From: Candidatus Obscuribacteraceae bacterium
GTDB lineage: Bacteria > Cyanobacteriota > Vampirovibrionia > Obscuribacterales > Obscuribacteraceae
Assembly (NCBI GenBank): GCA_044229845.1
Contig: JBGASG010000007.1
Span: 64,001 to 128,000, forward strand
Reading direction: 5' to 3'
Length of the DNA stretch: 64,000 nucleotides
Part shown: one piece after another, positions 47,801 through 57,175 of the stretch
Numbering within the stretch: position 1 is the first letter of the stretch
Layout: every line of letters begins with the position of its first letter
Translations under genes and position numbers: made by a program
The notes under the pieces: generated by a model
Told to the model about the DNA's origin: nothing
Databases searched by the model: none
What the model saw: the letters and a program-made list of their open reading frames with translations, nothing else

Positions 47801-49555
47801 TTAGCCTGGCGGCAGTTTGTTCAAGACTGCATCAAAACGTTCGCGCTTGAAGCGATCGACTTGCGACGCGCGCGCCGTCACAGCATCTTTGACCCGCTGC
47901 GCGTTGAAGTTGCCGTATTGCAAGAGAGTGTTCATGGCTTGCTTGTACACCGACACCTCTTTCGACTCAACCAACTTGATTGTCTGCGGCAGCAGGTCCA
48001 CCAGGTTGTGCACGCCGGCTGCGTCCAGGGCGGCGATACGCACGGCGACCGCCGGGTCGGACAGTCGCTCGGAAACAATATTTTGAAACTCAGTGCGGCG
48101 CTCGGTGAATTGCGGATCCAGCATGACGCGATTCAATGACTGCAGAGCCTGAGACCGTTTATCCGGCGTGAAGTCGCTGGTCGCAGTCACCAGAAGCGCA
48201 TAGCTGTCCGGGCTGGGCAGCAGTCCCAGTGCTTTGAGAATCTGCCAGTAGGTTTTCGCCCCTTCTTCATCATCCTCGAAAACCGGCTGTTTGCTGGCTT
48301 CGCGTTTCGATCTGTCGTCGGGCTGCACAGTCTGCCGGGCCAGCGCCACCAGATCTGCTGCCACCTGAGCGTTGCCGAGTTTGCCGGCGGTTTCGATGGC
48401 CGGCCGCAGCCAGGGACTGCCCGGCTTCAGCATCGGCACCACATACGGTAGCACGTCGGTCTGACTGCCTTCGCCGGACAGCCACAGTGCATGCAGTATC
48501 TCGCCCGCGTAGCCTGGTGTGGTCACCTTATTGGGATTCGATTGGGACAACCATTCGCTGACGGTTTTTTGCACGGAGTTTTCCAGCAGCGCAATTGTCT
48601 CGTCGCGTTCTGCCATCGAGATCTGATCGTTGTCGGCTAGAAAGGTCGAAAGTTGCATGGCGGCTCGCAGGCGGCGCGGCGTCGGATGCTTTCTCGCCAG
48701 TTCGCAGACAGTCGGCAGCGAATGCGCAACGCCTAACTCGTAAGCTGTTTCCGGCGGAAACGTATTGCGCACCGCCTCCAGCAAATTGATCACCATCTCC
48801 ACTCCACCGTCCTGCACAGTCTGGTCGGAGTGTTCCATGAAAGTACGCGGTTTGTGTTTGCGGGCCACAGCTACGGCGGCATAGTCGCTCAGCCGGTGTG
48901 TTTTCAGCATGGCGGTCATCAGGTCGTGTGCAACAATAGCGGCCGGCCAGTTTGCCAGAGCGCCGGCGGCGTCGACACGGAACCAATCTTGCTCATGAAA
49001 CAGAAAGTCTTTGATCGCCAAGCGAGCTTCTTCCCCGCCCAGGCGGCCGAGTGAGTAAGCGAGGTGGCAAAAGGCAGCGCGCCGCTCCGGGGACTGGTCG
49101 CGCAATCCCAGTATCATCTCCGGTAACGCTGCCGTGGCGTTGATGGCAGCGCAAACTCGTGCGGCGTTGCTGCGTACACGCCAGTCGCTGTGGCGCAGCG
49201 GGCGCGCGTCGTCGACTTCCATCTGTTCGGTTGTGGACGGCAGTAAGCAGTCGATGCCGGTATTGCCTGTAGTGGCAGCCATCTCCAGAAAAATTGTTTC
49301 CAGTTTGTCGTCCCACCACAGCGGCGGCAGCTTAAGCGCGATCGACAGCTGCACAGGGCTGTTGTTGCGCACGGCTTCGTTGATGTCTGCTCGCACTTCG
49401 CGGAAGGACTTTTCGTTTTCCGGAGAGGAACCAACCAGCCCGTGGTAGAGCAAGAAATGCTCGAACTCGAACTCTTCCAGTTGCGCGGTGGGCTTCTCTT
49501 TCAGTCCCGAAGCCAGTCGGCGAAAACGTTTTACAAGGCCGGCGATAAAACTCAT
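47801..49555 (-). CDS. HEAT-repeat protein
   Basis: LRHSDWRVRSNAA, DWFRVDAAGAL, LSDPAVAVRIAALDA. Confidence 0.8.
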   Translation of the reverse strand: MSFIAGLVKRFRRLASGLKEKPTAQLEEFEFEHFLLYHGLVGSSPENEKSFREVRADINEAVRNNSPVQLSIALKLPPLWWDDKLETIFLEMAATTGNTGIDCLLPSTTEQMEVDDARPLRHSDWRVRSNAARVCAAINATAALPEMILGLRDQSPERRAAFCHLAYSLGRLGGEEARLAIKDFLFHEQDWFRVDAAGALANWPAAIVAHDLMTAMLKTHRLSDYAAVAVARKHKPRTFMEHSDQTVQDGGVEMVINLLEAVRNTFPPETAYELGVAHSLPTVCELARKHPTPRRLRAAMQLSTFLADNDQISMAERDETIALLENSVQKTVSEWLSQSNPNKVTTPGYAGEILHALWLSGEGSQTDVLPYVVPMLKPGSPWLRPAIETAGKLGNAQVAADLVALARQTVQPDDRSKREASKQPVFEDDEEGAKTYWQILKALGLLPSPDSYALLVTATSDFTPDKRSQALQSLNRVMLDPQFTERRTEFQNIVSERLSDPAVAVRIAALDAAGVHNLVDLLPQTIKLVESKEVSVYKQAMNTLLQYGNFNAQRVKDAVTARASQVDRFKRERFDAVLNKLPPG

Positions 49556-49624
49556 GCGGCAAGCTTAACAGAGATGAACCATTTCTAGGGCGCGAGCCGG
49601 CTCGCCCGGTAGTATCTTGTAACT

Positions 49625-50647
49625 GTGGACATTGGTCACATTTTTCTGAATTTCTGGAATCTTGCCAGCGGCGGCAAGCTGGCTTTCCCAATCTGGAACG
49701 CGATTTTCTGGCTGGTTGTGCTCTTGATAAGGCGGCCTGTTACTCAAGGCTGTGCGCGCCTGTTGGGCGTCACCGATAAGGCACTTGGGCAGGCTATTTC
49801 GAAAGAGACTGATTTAGCCTTTGTGCTCATGGTTCTTGATTTTGTCCTGGTGCCTTTCGCTGCCGCTTTCGAAGACGCAGCCGGTCTGGCTATGGTGGTA
49901 GCGGGCGGGCGTATTCTCGCCGTCGTGCTGATTCTCTACATGTTCATCCATTCACTGGATTTGATCGTGTTTCGCTGGTACTTCACGCAACGGCGTGCCA
50001 TGGCGGTTCCGAACGTCATGCGTTTCTTCGTGCTGACGGTGCTGTATGTGCTGGCATTTCTCCTGCTGCTCGACTGGGGATTTGGAGTCAGCGTGCTGCC
50101 GTTGCTGGCTACGTCCACAGTCTTGGGTGCTGTTCTAGGACTGGCTTTGCAAGACACATTGAAGAATCTCTTTGCCGGGTTGACGCTGTCGCTCGAGAAG
50201 ACGTTTCGCGAAGGCGACTGGGTAAACTTTCGGGTCGACGCCAACACCAGTTGGATCGGGCAAATCGTTGAAATAGGCTGGCGGTCGACGAAGCTGCGCA
50301 CGATGGACAACACTTATGCCGTGATACCAAATTTCAATTTCACATCCAACTTTCTTCTCAAGTTGACTCCGCCCAACAACGAGCAAGCGAAAGTGCTGCT
50401 GTTTCCTGTATCACTCGGTGCTGATCAAAAGAAAGTGCGAGAGGCATTGCAAGCGGCTGCGCTGTCCAGCAGTGACGTTTTGAAAGAACCGCCTCCTCAG
50501 GCACTGCCGGCTGAAGTGCAAGCCGACAAAGTCGTGTATCAGCTACGCTTCTGGTTCAGTTCTTACGAACATGTAGAACGTGTATCGGGCGAAATCATTG
50601 AGAACGCGGTAGATAGGCTTACGGGGCTGAACGCGCTGCCGCATTAA
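49625..50647 (+). CDS. MscS-family mechanosensitive channel
   Basis: LGLALQDTLKNLFAG, FREGDWV, IGWRSTKLRT, IPN. Confidence 0.92.
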   Translation: MDIGHIFLNFWNLASGGKLAFPIWNAIFWLVVLLIRRPVTQGCARLLGVTDKALGQAISKETDLAFVLMVLDFVLVPFAAAFEDAAGLAMVVAGGRILAVVLILYMFIHSLDLIVFRWYFTQRRAMAVPNVMRFFVLTVLYVLAFLLLLDWGFGVSVLPLLATSTVLGAVLGLALQDTLKNLFAGLTLSLEKTFREGDWVNFRVDANTSWIGQIVEIGWRSTKLRTMDNTYAVIPNFNFTSNFLLKLTPPNNEQAKVLLFPVSLGADQKKVREALQAAALSSSDVLKEPPPQALPAEVQADKVVYQLRFWFSSYEHVERVSGEIIENAVDRLTGLNALPH

Positions 50648-50713
50648 ACAGCCGACGCCGCACGGGGACTGCGAACGCGGTAAGATCGGCACGTCTTCGA
50701 CAGGGATTTTCAA

Positions 50714-51850
50714 GTGAACACATTTTTGAACGCCGCCCAGGAAGCCCAACGCACCCGTTTTCTGGAATACGCTCGCCATCACGTCGCGCCGCAAGCCCAG
50801 GCTCTGGAGAGCCACTCCACGTGCCTGAAAGAGTTTTTGCAAGCCATGGGGCATGAGGGATTTCTGGGATTGTCGGTTCCCAAGGAGTATGGCGGACAAG
50901 GCGGCACGTTGCTTGATGTGGCTTTGTTCGTCGAAGCCATCTCCCAGTTTGAACCGGGACTGGGGCTGACACTTGCCAATCATGTCGCTGTCATGGAAGT
51001 GATCAAGAAATTCGGCAACGACACGCACAAGTCGCGTTATTTGCCGCTTTTGGCGCGGGGCGAGGCATTCGGCTCGCTGGCTTTTGCGGAAGAAACTGCC
51101 GGCACCGATTTTGAAAACGTCAAGGCTGTTGCGTTGGATGCCAGCGGGCAGCCGGTTCTGACAGGCAAGAAGACCTGGGTTGTTTCCGGCGATTTCGCCA
51201 GTGTCCTTTTGGTTCTGGCCCGGACGCAGGCGGAAGGCGGAGAGCTGACGCTGTTGCTGGCTGACGGTGAGCGCAACAACGCATTCAAAGTCGAGCAGGA
51301 GCGACACTTGCTCGGGTTGCGCTCAAGCTATTGCAACGACATCACGTTCCAAGATTTGAAAGTGCCGGCCGAGAATCGTCTCGGGAAGGGCGCCGTTGCT
51401 CGGGAGCAAGCTCTTTACGCCATGGACGTCGCAAAAGTACTGTTAGCAGCGGCGGCTGTGGGAGTCACCGAGGGCGCCACCACTTTAGCCGTTGAGCATG
51501 CGCGCTCGCGCCAGCAATTTGGTGTGAATATAGGACAGTTCCAAGGCGTGCAATGGAAGCTGGCAGACATGGCTACAGAAGCGAGCGGAGCCCGTTTGCA
51601 GACGTACAGAGCCGCCTGGGCCCAGAGCGAAGACGAAGCCAATTTTTCCAAGTTCGCCGCCATGAGCAAACTGTTTGCCTCGCGTGCCGCCCGCTTGCAC
51701 ACCGGCGAGGCCGTACAGGTGATGGGCGCCGCCGGGATCAACGCCGATTCGCCTCTGGAGCGCTTCTACAGAGACGCCAAAACTATGGAAGTCGCGATGG
51801 GCACGTCCGAGTTTCAAAAAATGCTGCTCGTTGATGCACTGGAAATTTGA
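50714..51850 (+). CDS. Acyl-CoA dehydrogenase family protein
   Basis: PKEYGGQG, AGTD, GKKTWV, RQQFG..IGQFQGVQWKLADM, ERFYRDAK. Confidence 0.9.
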   Translation: MNTFLNAAQEAQRTRFLEYARHHVAPQAQALESHSTCLKEFLQAMGHEGFLGLSVPKEYGGQGGTLLDVALFVEAISQFEPGLGLTLANHVAVMEVIKKFGNDTHKSRYLPLLARGEAFGSLAFAEETAGTDFENVKAVALDASGQPVLTGKKTWVVSGDFASVLLVLARTQAEGGELTLLLADGERNNAFKVEQERHLLGLRSSYCNDITFQDLKVPAENRLGKGAVAREQALYAMDVAKVLLAAAAVGVTEGATTLAVEHARSRQQFGVNIGQFQGVQWKLADMATEASGARLQTYRAAWAQSEDEANFSKFAAMSKLFASRAARLHTGEAVQVMGAAGINADSPLERFYRDAKTMEVAMGTSEFQKMLLVDALEI

Positions 51851-51894
51851 TCTCCCGGTTGCTCTATCTCCAGCAGAGAGATACGATTGGAACT

Positions 51895-52419
51895 ATGAGA
51901 ATTCGAAATGTCGTGAGACTGATAAGTTTCGTCGGAGCAAGCACGGTGGCCCTTTCGTGTTGTGTTCTCATACCGGCCGGCGCGGTTGACGATCCGTTTC
52001 TCGATGCCGGTATTCGGTATTATCAAAAACGCGATTGGCGGAGCGCCATCTATTACCTGGAGCAACAGGTGAAGAAGGCACCATGGGACAGCAAGGCGAT
52101 GTACTACCTGGCTCTGTCGTATCACAGTGCCGGCTACAAGTCGAAGGCGAAAGCCATGTACCAGCAGATCGTGGACAAATATCCCGGCTCCGGGGTTTTT
52201 CAGAATGCCAACATAGCGCTCAAAGCCTTGAATGCTGAGTTGAAAAAAGAAGCTGACACGGCGGCGCGCACAGCCAACCGGCCCACCGCTGCCGCGGGCG
52301 TCTCTGCCGCCCCTACCAGCGGCACCCGCACCACCGGCGTCGTCAATATTGTCACCAACTACGCGAAGGACTGCGGACAACAGGGCCGGTCTACCGGCGG
52401 CAAAAAGAGCGGCCGGTGA
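51895..52419 (+). CDS. Secreted TPR-like protein
   Basis: Signal peptide; AMYYLALSY..AKAMYQQIVDKYPGS. Confidence 0.75.
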   Translation: MRIRNVVRLISFVGASTVALSCCVLIPAGAVDDPFLDAGIRYYQKRDWRSAIYYLEQQVKKAPWDSKAMYYLALSYHSAGYKSKAKAMYQQIVDKYPGSGVFQNANIALKALNAELKKEADTAARTANRPTAAAGVSAAPTSGTRTTGVVNIVTNYAKDCGQQGRSTGGKKSGR

Positions 52420-53204
52420 ATCTCTCGGTCGTAATCGTTGCCCAGGATGAAGAACGCACGATCGGTGAGGTCTTCGCAGCCGTCAAACCGATTGCCGCCG
52501 AAATGATTCTGGTGGACTCCGGATCAACCGATCGCACTGTCGAAATAGCTCGCCAGTCCGGCGCCACGGTACGCCATCAAGACTGGCTTGGATACGCCGC
52601 GCAGAAAAACCTGGCCATCTCACTGGCTTCGCAGGAGTGGATACTCAGCCTCGATGCCGATGAGGTTCTGACACCGGAATTGGTGCGGGAAATCGAACAA
52701 ACTCTGGGCGACGAAAACCAGACTAGAGCATATGTCGGTTTCAAAATTCCACGCGTGCTTTTTATAGGCGACCGCGCCATCAGATATGGTGCTTTCTATC
52801 CGGATGCGCAGCTGCGGCTGTTTCGTAGAGGCAGCGGCCAGTTCAACGATCGCCTTGTCCATGAGCGGGTTTTCGTGAACGGACCGGAGCGGACTTTGAA
52901 AAACTGCATGTTACACCGCGCCTACAAAGACGTTCCGCAGTTCGAGTCGGCGCTGGAGAAATATGCGCGTCTGTCGGCGCAAGAAGCAATGCGCTCGGGT
53001 TTCAAAAAGTCTCGCTTGTCTCGCGCCAACGAATTGCTGCATCCCGCCTGGACATTTTTCTATCGCTACGTGCTGCGTGGCGGTTTCCTCGATGGCCCGC
53101 TGGGGCTAGAACTGGCGCTTTTGTATTCCGATTACGTGCGGCGCAAAATCGTCTATTTGCGGGAAGCGTACAACAAAGAACGGCAGGCGCAAGCCGCTTC
53201 TTAA
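52416..53204 (+). CDS. GT2 glycosyltransferase (WaaE/KdtX-like)
   Basis: LSVVIVAQDE, VDSGSTDRT, LDADE, QLRLF, VHE, GFLDG. Confidence 0.92.
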   Translation: MNLSVVIVAQDEERTIGEVFAAVKPIAAEMILVDSGSTDRTVEIARQSGATVRHQDWLGYAAQKNLAISLASQEWILSLDADEVLTPELVREIEQTLGDENQTRAYVGFKIPRVLFIGDRAIRYGAFYPDAQLRLFRRGSGQFNDRLVHERVFVNGPERTLKNCMLHRAYKDVPQFESALEKYARLSAQEAMRSGFKKSRLSRANELLHPAWTFFYRYVLRGGFLDGPLGLELALLYSDYVRRKIVYLREAYNKERQAQAAS

Positions 53205-53216
53205 GTGGCGTTGTCA

Positions 53217-53271
53217 AGAGTTGCGATAACTCGACTTCTTAGTGTCAAAAAAGATGAGTTATCGCAACTCT
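53217..53271. repeat. Perfect 16-bp inverted repeat of quasi-palindromic arms
   Basis: AGAGTTGCGATAACTC / GAGTTATCGCAACTCT with a 23-nt spacer. Confidence 0.8.
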
Positions 53272-53324
53272 AACTAACTAAGCAGTGTCACTGAACGCAT
53301 GCACGAAACCCTCATGAGAGCGTC

Positions 53325-53376
53325 TTCTTACAAAGTCTCCACACTTATTCCACAGTTTCACCACATCTAATTCACA
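53325..53376. repeat. Array of 7-mers with 11-bp period (CACA array, copy B)
   Basis: TCTTACA aagt CTCCACA ctta TTCCACA gttt CACCACA tcta ATTCACA. Confidence 0.65.
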
Positions 53377-53495
53377 ACCGGCTCATACAGTGGAGTCATG
53401 AGCTGCTGCTGAGTGGCGCAGTCAAAAGTTTAACTACGGGTGAGTGGGCGAGGCGTCAAAACCTCGCCCTCCTGCATTTGCGGAGAGCAGTTTTC

Positions 53496-53873
53496 TCAGT
53501 CGTTGTGCAGCGCTACTTCAATGTCGACGCGCTTGCCGTAGCGACCGGCGACGGCGCGAACGAGCTGGCGCAACGCGGTGATAGTGCGTCCTTCCTTGCC
53601 GATCAGGCGTCCGGTGACGGAAGGGTCGCAATTGACCGAGAGGCGCGCGCGGCTCGGATGAGGAGAGTTGCGCGTGATTTGCACGGAGTTGGGATCGCGC
53701 GCGAGCACGTTAATGACGTACTCGGCGAGGTCTTCTGCTGCCGTCGAGTCTTTGAAAAACGGACGTGGACCGCGACTTCCGCCGCGATTGCCACCGCCTC
53801 CTACGAAGCGGCCGCGGCCTTTCTTATAAGGCTTGCCACCGTCTCGCTTGGCTGGGCCCCGTTGTTGATCCAT
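53496..53873 (-). CDS. khpA: KH-domain RNA-binding protein KhpA with Gly/Arg-rich N-terminal extension
   Basis: [15 protein letters not shown]; canonical position after rpsP. Confidence 0.88.
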   Translation of the reverse strand: MDQQRGPAKRDGGKPYKKGRGRFVGGGGNRGGSRGPRPFFKDSTAAEDLAEYVINVLARDPNSVQITRNSPHPSRARLSVNCDPSVTGRLIGKEGRTITALRQLVRAVAGRYGKRVDIEVALHND

Positions 53874-54037
53874 TTTGTAACAGCTTCTTTATCGAGTTTG
53901 AGTTCTTTCGACCGGGGGTTGTAGTAGCCCAATTCTTCAATTGGGGAACCATCCCGGCGGGCGCGGCTGTCAGTAACCACAACACGGTAGTGTGGCGCTT
54001 TCTTCGCTCCCACTCGCTTAAGCCTGATCTTTACCAC
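53801..54037 (-). CDS. rpsP: 30S ribosomal protein S16
   Basis: [39 protein letters not shown]. Confidence 0.98.
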   Translation of the reverse strand: MVKIRLKRVGAKKAPHYRVVVTDSRARRDGSPIEELGYYNPRSKELKLDKEAVTKWINNGAQPSETVASLIRKAAAAS

Positions 54038-54200
54038 TTTGTTCTAGTTCCTTCTGTCTTGTGGACGAATTTCACGTCCCTAATAACTTGTGCCCGGAAG
54101 GGCTGCTGGGTATGAATTTGACCCCAGAAATGACGCTCTGTTCCGCGCTCCATTTTATATATTGGGGCGGTGCGTCTGGATATTCTACCAAACGCCGCCC

Positions 54201-55769
54201 CTAGTAGCGTTTGCCCTTCTTCTTGAAACTGCCTTTCCCCCCGCGGTTTAGAGGGAAATTAGGTCCGCCGCCCTTGGGAAAGCCGCCGGTAGGGAAATTT
54301 GGCGGCATGCCGGTCGGGAAGTTGGGAGGCATCATGCCTCCCCCTTTTTGCAGTTCGGAAAGGTCTGGGAACGCGCCAGGGGTGTTGTTTTTGCCCCCGC
54401 CGGGCATGCCGGGGAAGCCGCCGCCGCCCGTGCCCGGCATACCGGGAAAGCCGCCGCCGCCCATCATCCCGCGCATCATGCCCCACATCTGGCGCATCTG
54501 TTCAAATTCGTTCAACATTCGCCCGATTTCGTTCTCTTTCAGTCCGGCACCCTTAGCAATGCGGCGCCGACGGCTCATGTCGATAATCTGCGGACGATTG
54601 CGTTCGTCCGGAGTCATAGAGTTGATGGCGGTCTCGTAGAGATTCATCATCTTTTCGCCGTGCTCGGATATCTCAGCCTGCTGATCGGAGCTCAATCCGA
54701 ACATGCCGCCGATACCCATCATCTTCATCAGATCCCCGAAAGAACCCATCTTTTTCATCATGCGCTGTGAGCTGATGAACATCTCAAGCGTGAATTCGCC
54801 AGCCATCATTTGTTTGGCGACCTTTTCAGCTTCCTTTTCATCGATGTGCTCTTGCGCCTTTTCGACCAGCGAGATCACATCGCCCATGTCGAGCAGTCGC
54901 GATGCCATGCGGTCTGGATGAAACGCTTCCAGCGCGTCCATCTTTTCGCCGGTGCTCATGTATTTGATCGGTCGTCCGGTTGCTTCCCGGACGGAGAGTG
55001 CAGCACCGCCGCGGGCGTCGCCGTCGGTCTTTGACAGCAAAACTCCGGTGACTTCCAACTGAGTATTGAAAGTCTCGGCGACTTCCACGGCCAGCTGACC
55101 GGTCATGGCGTCTACTACTAAAAGCTTTTCGGACGGTTCGAGCGCGCGATCGAGCAGCAAGAGTTCTGCCATCAAGTCTGTGTCGATCTGCAGGCGTCCG
55201 GCTGTGTCCAGAATCACCGGATTGAGTCCGGTCTTCTTAGCCTCTTCAATGCCGCGATGGGCGATATCGAGCACATCCTTCGAATCGTGATCGGCGAAAA
55301 CCTGCACCTGGATTTGTTTACCGAGCGTCTCCAGTTGTTTAATCGCAGCTGGTCGCTGGACGTCGCAGGCGACCATCAATGGTTTGAAGCCCTCTTTGCG
55401 CAGCTTGAGCGCCAGTTTGCCGCAGGCTGTCGTTTTGCCCGAGCCCTGCAAGCCAAGCAACATAATGATTCCCGGAGATCCCTTCAAGTTGAGCGGAGTG
55501 TTCTCTCCGCCAAGCAGGTCTACCAGCTCGTCATAAACGATTTTGATGAATTGCTGGTCGGGCGAAACCGACTCCAGGACCTCAGCGCCGAGCGCTTTCT
55601 GACGCACGCGGCTGATGAAAAGCTTTACCACCTTTAAGCTTACGTCGGCTTCCAGCAAGGCTTTGCGCACTTCTCTGATCGCTTCGTCGATGTTCTCAGG
55701 AGTTAATCGGGCTTCGCCTCTGATGTTTTTGAGCGCGCCCTTGAGCTTGTCCGTTAGTGCGTCAAACAT
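54201..55769 (-). CDS. ffh: Signal recognition particle protein
   Basis: ALLEADV, GLQGSGKTT, DTAGR, DGDARGGAA, FHPDRMASRLLDMGD, M domain SRRRRIAKG. Confidence 0.98.
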   Translation of the reverse strand: MFDALTDKLKGALKNIRGEARLTPENIDEAIREVRKALLEADVSLKVVKLFISRVRQKALGAEVLESVSPDQQFIKIVYDELVDLLGGENTPLNLKGSPGIIMLLGLQGSGKTTACGKLALKLRKEGFKPLMVACDVQRPAAIKQLETLGKQIQVQVFADHDSKDVLDIAHRGIEEAKKTGLNPVILDTAGRLQIDTDLMAELLLLDRALEPSEKLLVVDAMTGQLAVEVAETFNTQLEVTGVLLSKTDGDARGGAALSVREATGRPIKYMSTGEKMDALEAFHPDRMASRLLDMGDVISLVEKAQEHIDEKEAEKVAKQMMAGEFTLEMFISSQRMMKKMGSFGDLMKMMGIGGMFGLSSDQQAEISEHGEKMMNLYETAINSMTPDERNRPQIIDMSRRRRIAKGAGLKENEIGRMLNEFEQMRQMWGMMRGMMGGGGFPGMPGTGGGGFPGMPGGGKNNTPGAFPDLSELQKGGGMMPPNFPTGMPPNFPTGGFPKGGGPNFPLNRGGKGSFKKKGKRY

Positions 55770-55880
55770 GCGGTATCCCTGCGTATGAAAACTGAGACCG
55801 GGTGTCTCTTAACCGTAGCAAAAACCCAGCTATCCAGTGCCTATTCAAGCAAGATCTTTAAGGTCTTGGTTGCTTGTTTA

Positions 55881-56453
55881 TCACTTAGCAGGGATATGCT
55901 CGATCAGCTGAATCATATCGCGGACGCTGTCGAGTGGCAGAACCAGAGCTGCCTGCAACAGGTCCTGACGCGCAGTGTGCGATTCTTCAAGAAACTCGCT
56001 GATCAGAGCGCTTAAATCGTCGACGCTGATGTTTTTGCCGCAAGCAGCCACGCTCTCCGCGACTCGCCTGCGCAGAGGCTCATCTTTAAGTCCGCCCATT
56101 TCGATCAACAGGGCGCGCGATCGCTCCTCGGTCTGGCGATCGTCGGCGATGCGCATCGCTGTCGTGAAGAAATCGAGCAGCCACGGTGGCATGTCGACGC
56201 CACCACATTCGATGGCAGTGCACCAGATACAAGCCCAAGTCATGATCTTCAAGGCTTTCTTCTGGTCAAAGGGTTCTTCGAGGATCAGCTCATTGGGATC
56301 GCGTGCCGGGACGAAGAATCCCATGTTTTGAATCACCGCCTCCCAAGAGCGTGATTCCAGCTCGCGAGTAAAGAAGAATGCTCGTTTTGCTTCTTCTTCC
56401 TTGGAGGCTGGTTTTACCTCATCCGGGATGGAAATTGGTTCCGAAGGCGCCAT
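55881..56453 (-). CDS. Hypothetical protein
   Basis: Helical ORF with normal codon usage; start uncertain. Confidence 0.65.
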   Translation of the reverse strand: MAPSEPISIPDEVKPASKEEEAKRAFFFTRELESRSWEAVIQNMGFFVPARDPNELILEEPFDQKKALKIMTWACIWCTAIECGGVDMPPWLLDFFTTAMRIADDRQTEERSRALLIEMGGLKDEPLRRRVAESVAACGKNISVDDLSALISEFLEESHTARQDLLQAALVLPLDSVRDMIQLIEHIPAK

Positions 56454-56621
56454 TAACGTCTCTGCAACAAGTTTCGCCCTAGTATATGCCACACCGTCCT
56501 CCCGGGACCAAGATTGGCGCCAGCGCATGATTTTGAGACTTTACAGCCAATTGTGTCCAAAAAAGACGCTATTCGGGTAGAACATATAGGTAGATACTCC
56601 CCGCTCAAGAGAGAATGCATC

Positions 56622-57092
56622 ATGGCCGGACAAGGTGGCAACCATCACGAAGGTGGCGCCGAAAACTTCAGCGCTGCGGCAGGTACAGGGTCTGGCGGAA
56701 ACGAACCGCTGGTGACTATGCAAGATCGCATGGACTCGGCGATGCGAAATCCCGAAGAAGCTGCCAAGTTCATGAACTTCCTGCAGGACAACGGCGCTTT
56801 GCCCGAAGTCGCGATCTCTACCCTCCAGGGAACTGACGCGTTCAAGGGTGAAAACGGCGATCTATCTATAGAGAAGCTGCGCAATGCAGCTACTGCCGAC
56901 ACCGATCCGTTCCGCAGAGCTCTGGCGGAAGCCATGGTCAAGCGCCTGGATGCTCTGGGAGGCATGGCTAAATTCGACAAGGATCAGAACGGTTATCTGA
57001 GCACCGAAGAGCTGACCGCATGGGCCCAAGCCGACAGCGGCTATCGCAATAAAGAGAAACTGCCAAATAATTGGAGACCGGAGAAATATTAG
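56622..57092 (+). CDS. EF-hand-containing hypothetical protein
   Basis: Canonical loop DKDQNGYLSTEE; followed by a terminator. Confidence 0.75.
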   Translation: MAGQGGNHHEGGAENFSAAAGTGSGGNEPLVTMQDRMDSAMRNPEEAAKFMNFLQDNGALPEVAISTLQGTDAFKGENGDLSIEKLRNAATADTDPFRRALAEAMVKRLDALGGMAKFDKDQNGYLSTEELTAWAQADSGYRNKEKLPNNWRPEKY

Positions 57093-57121
57093 GTTTCGCT
57101 CCGGTTCGAGCATGAGTGTTG

Positions 57122-57157
57122 AGCCCGCATGATTCGTCGTGCGGGCTATTTGTTTTT
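57122..57157 (+). terminator. Rho-independent terminator
   Basis: AGCCCGCATGA-TTCG-TCGTGCGGGCT then ATTTGTTTTT. Confidence 0.75.
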
Positions 57158-57175
57158 GTGCGCTTTCAAATTTGT

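Noticed and set aside
53339..53376. DnaA-box cluster / oriC
   Set aside because: No exact TTATCCACA, no AT-rich unwinding element, and no dnaA/dnaN context; reported instead as a phased array
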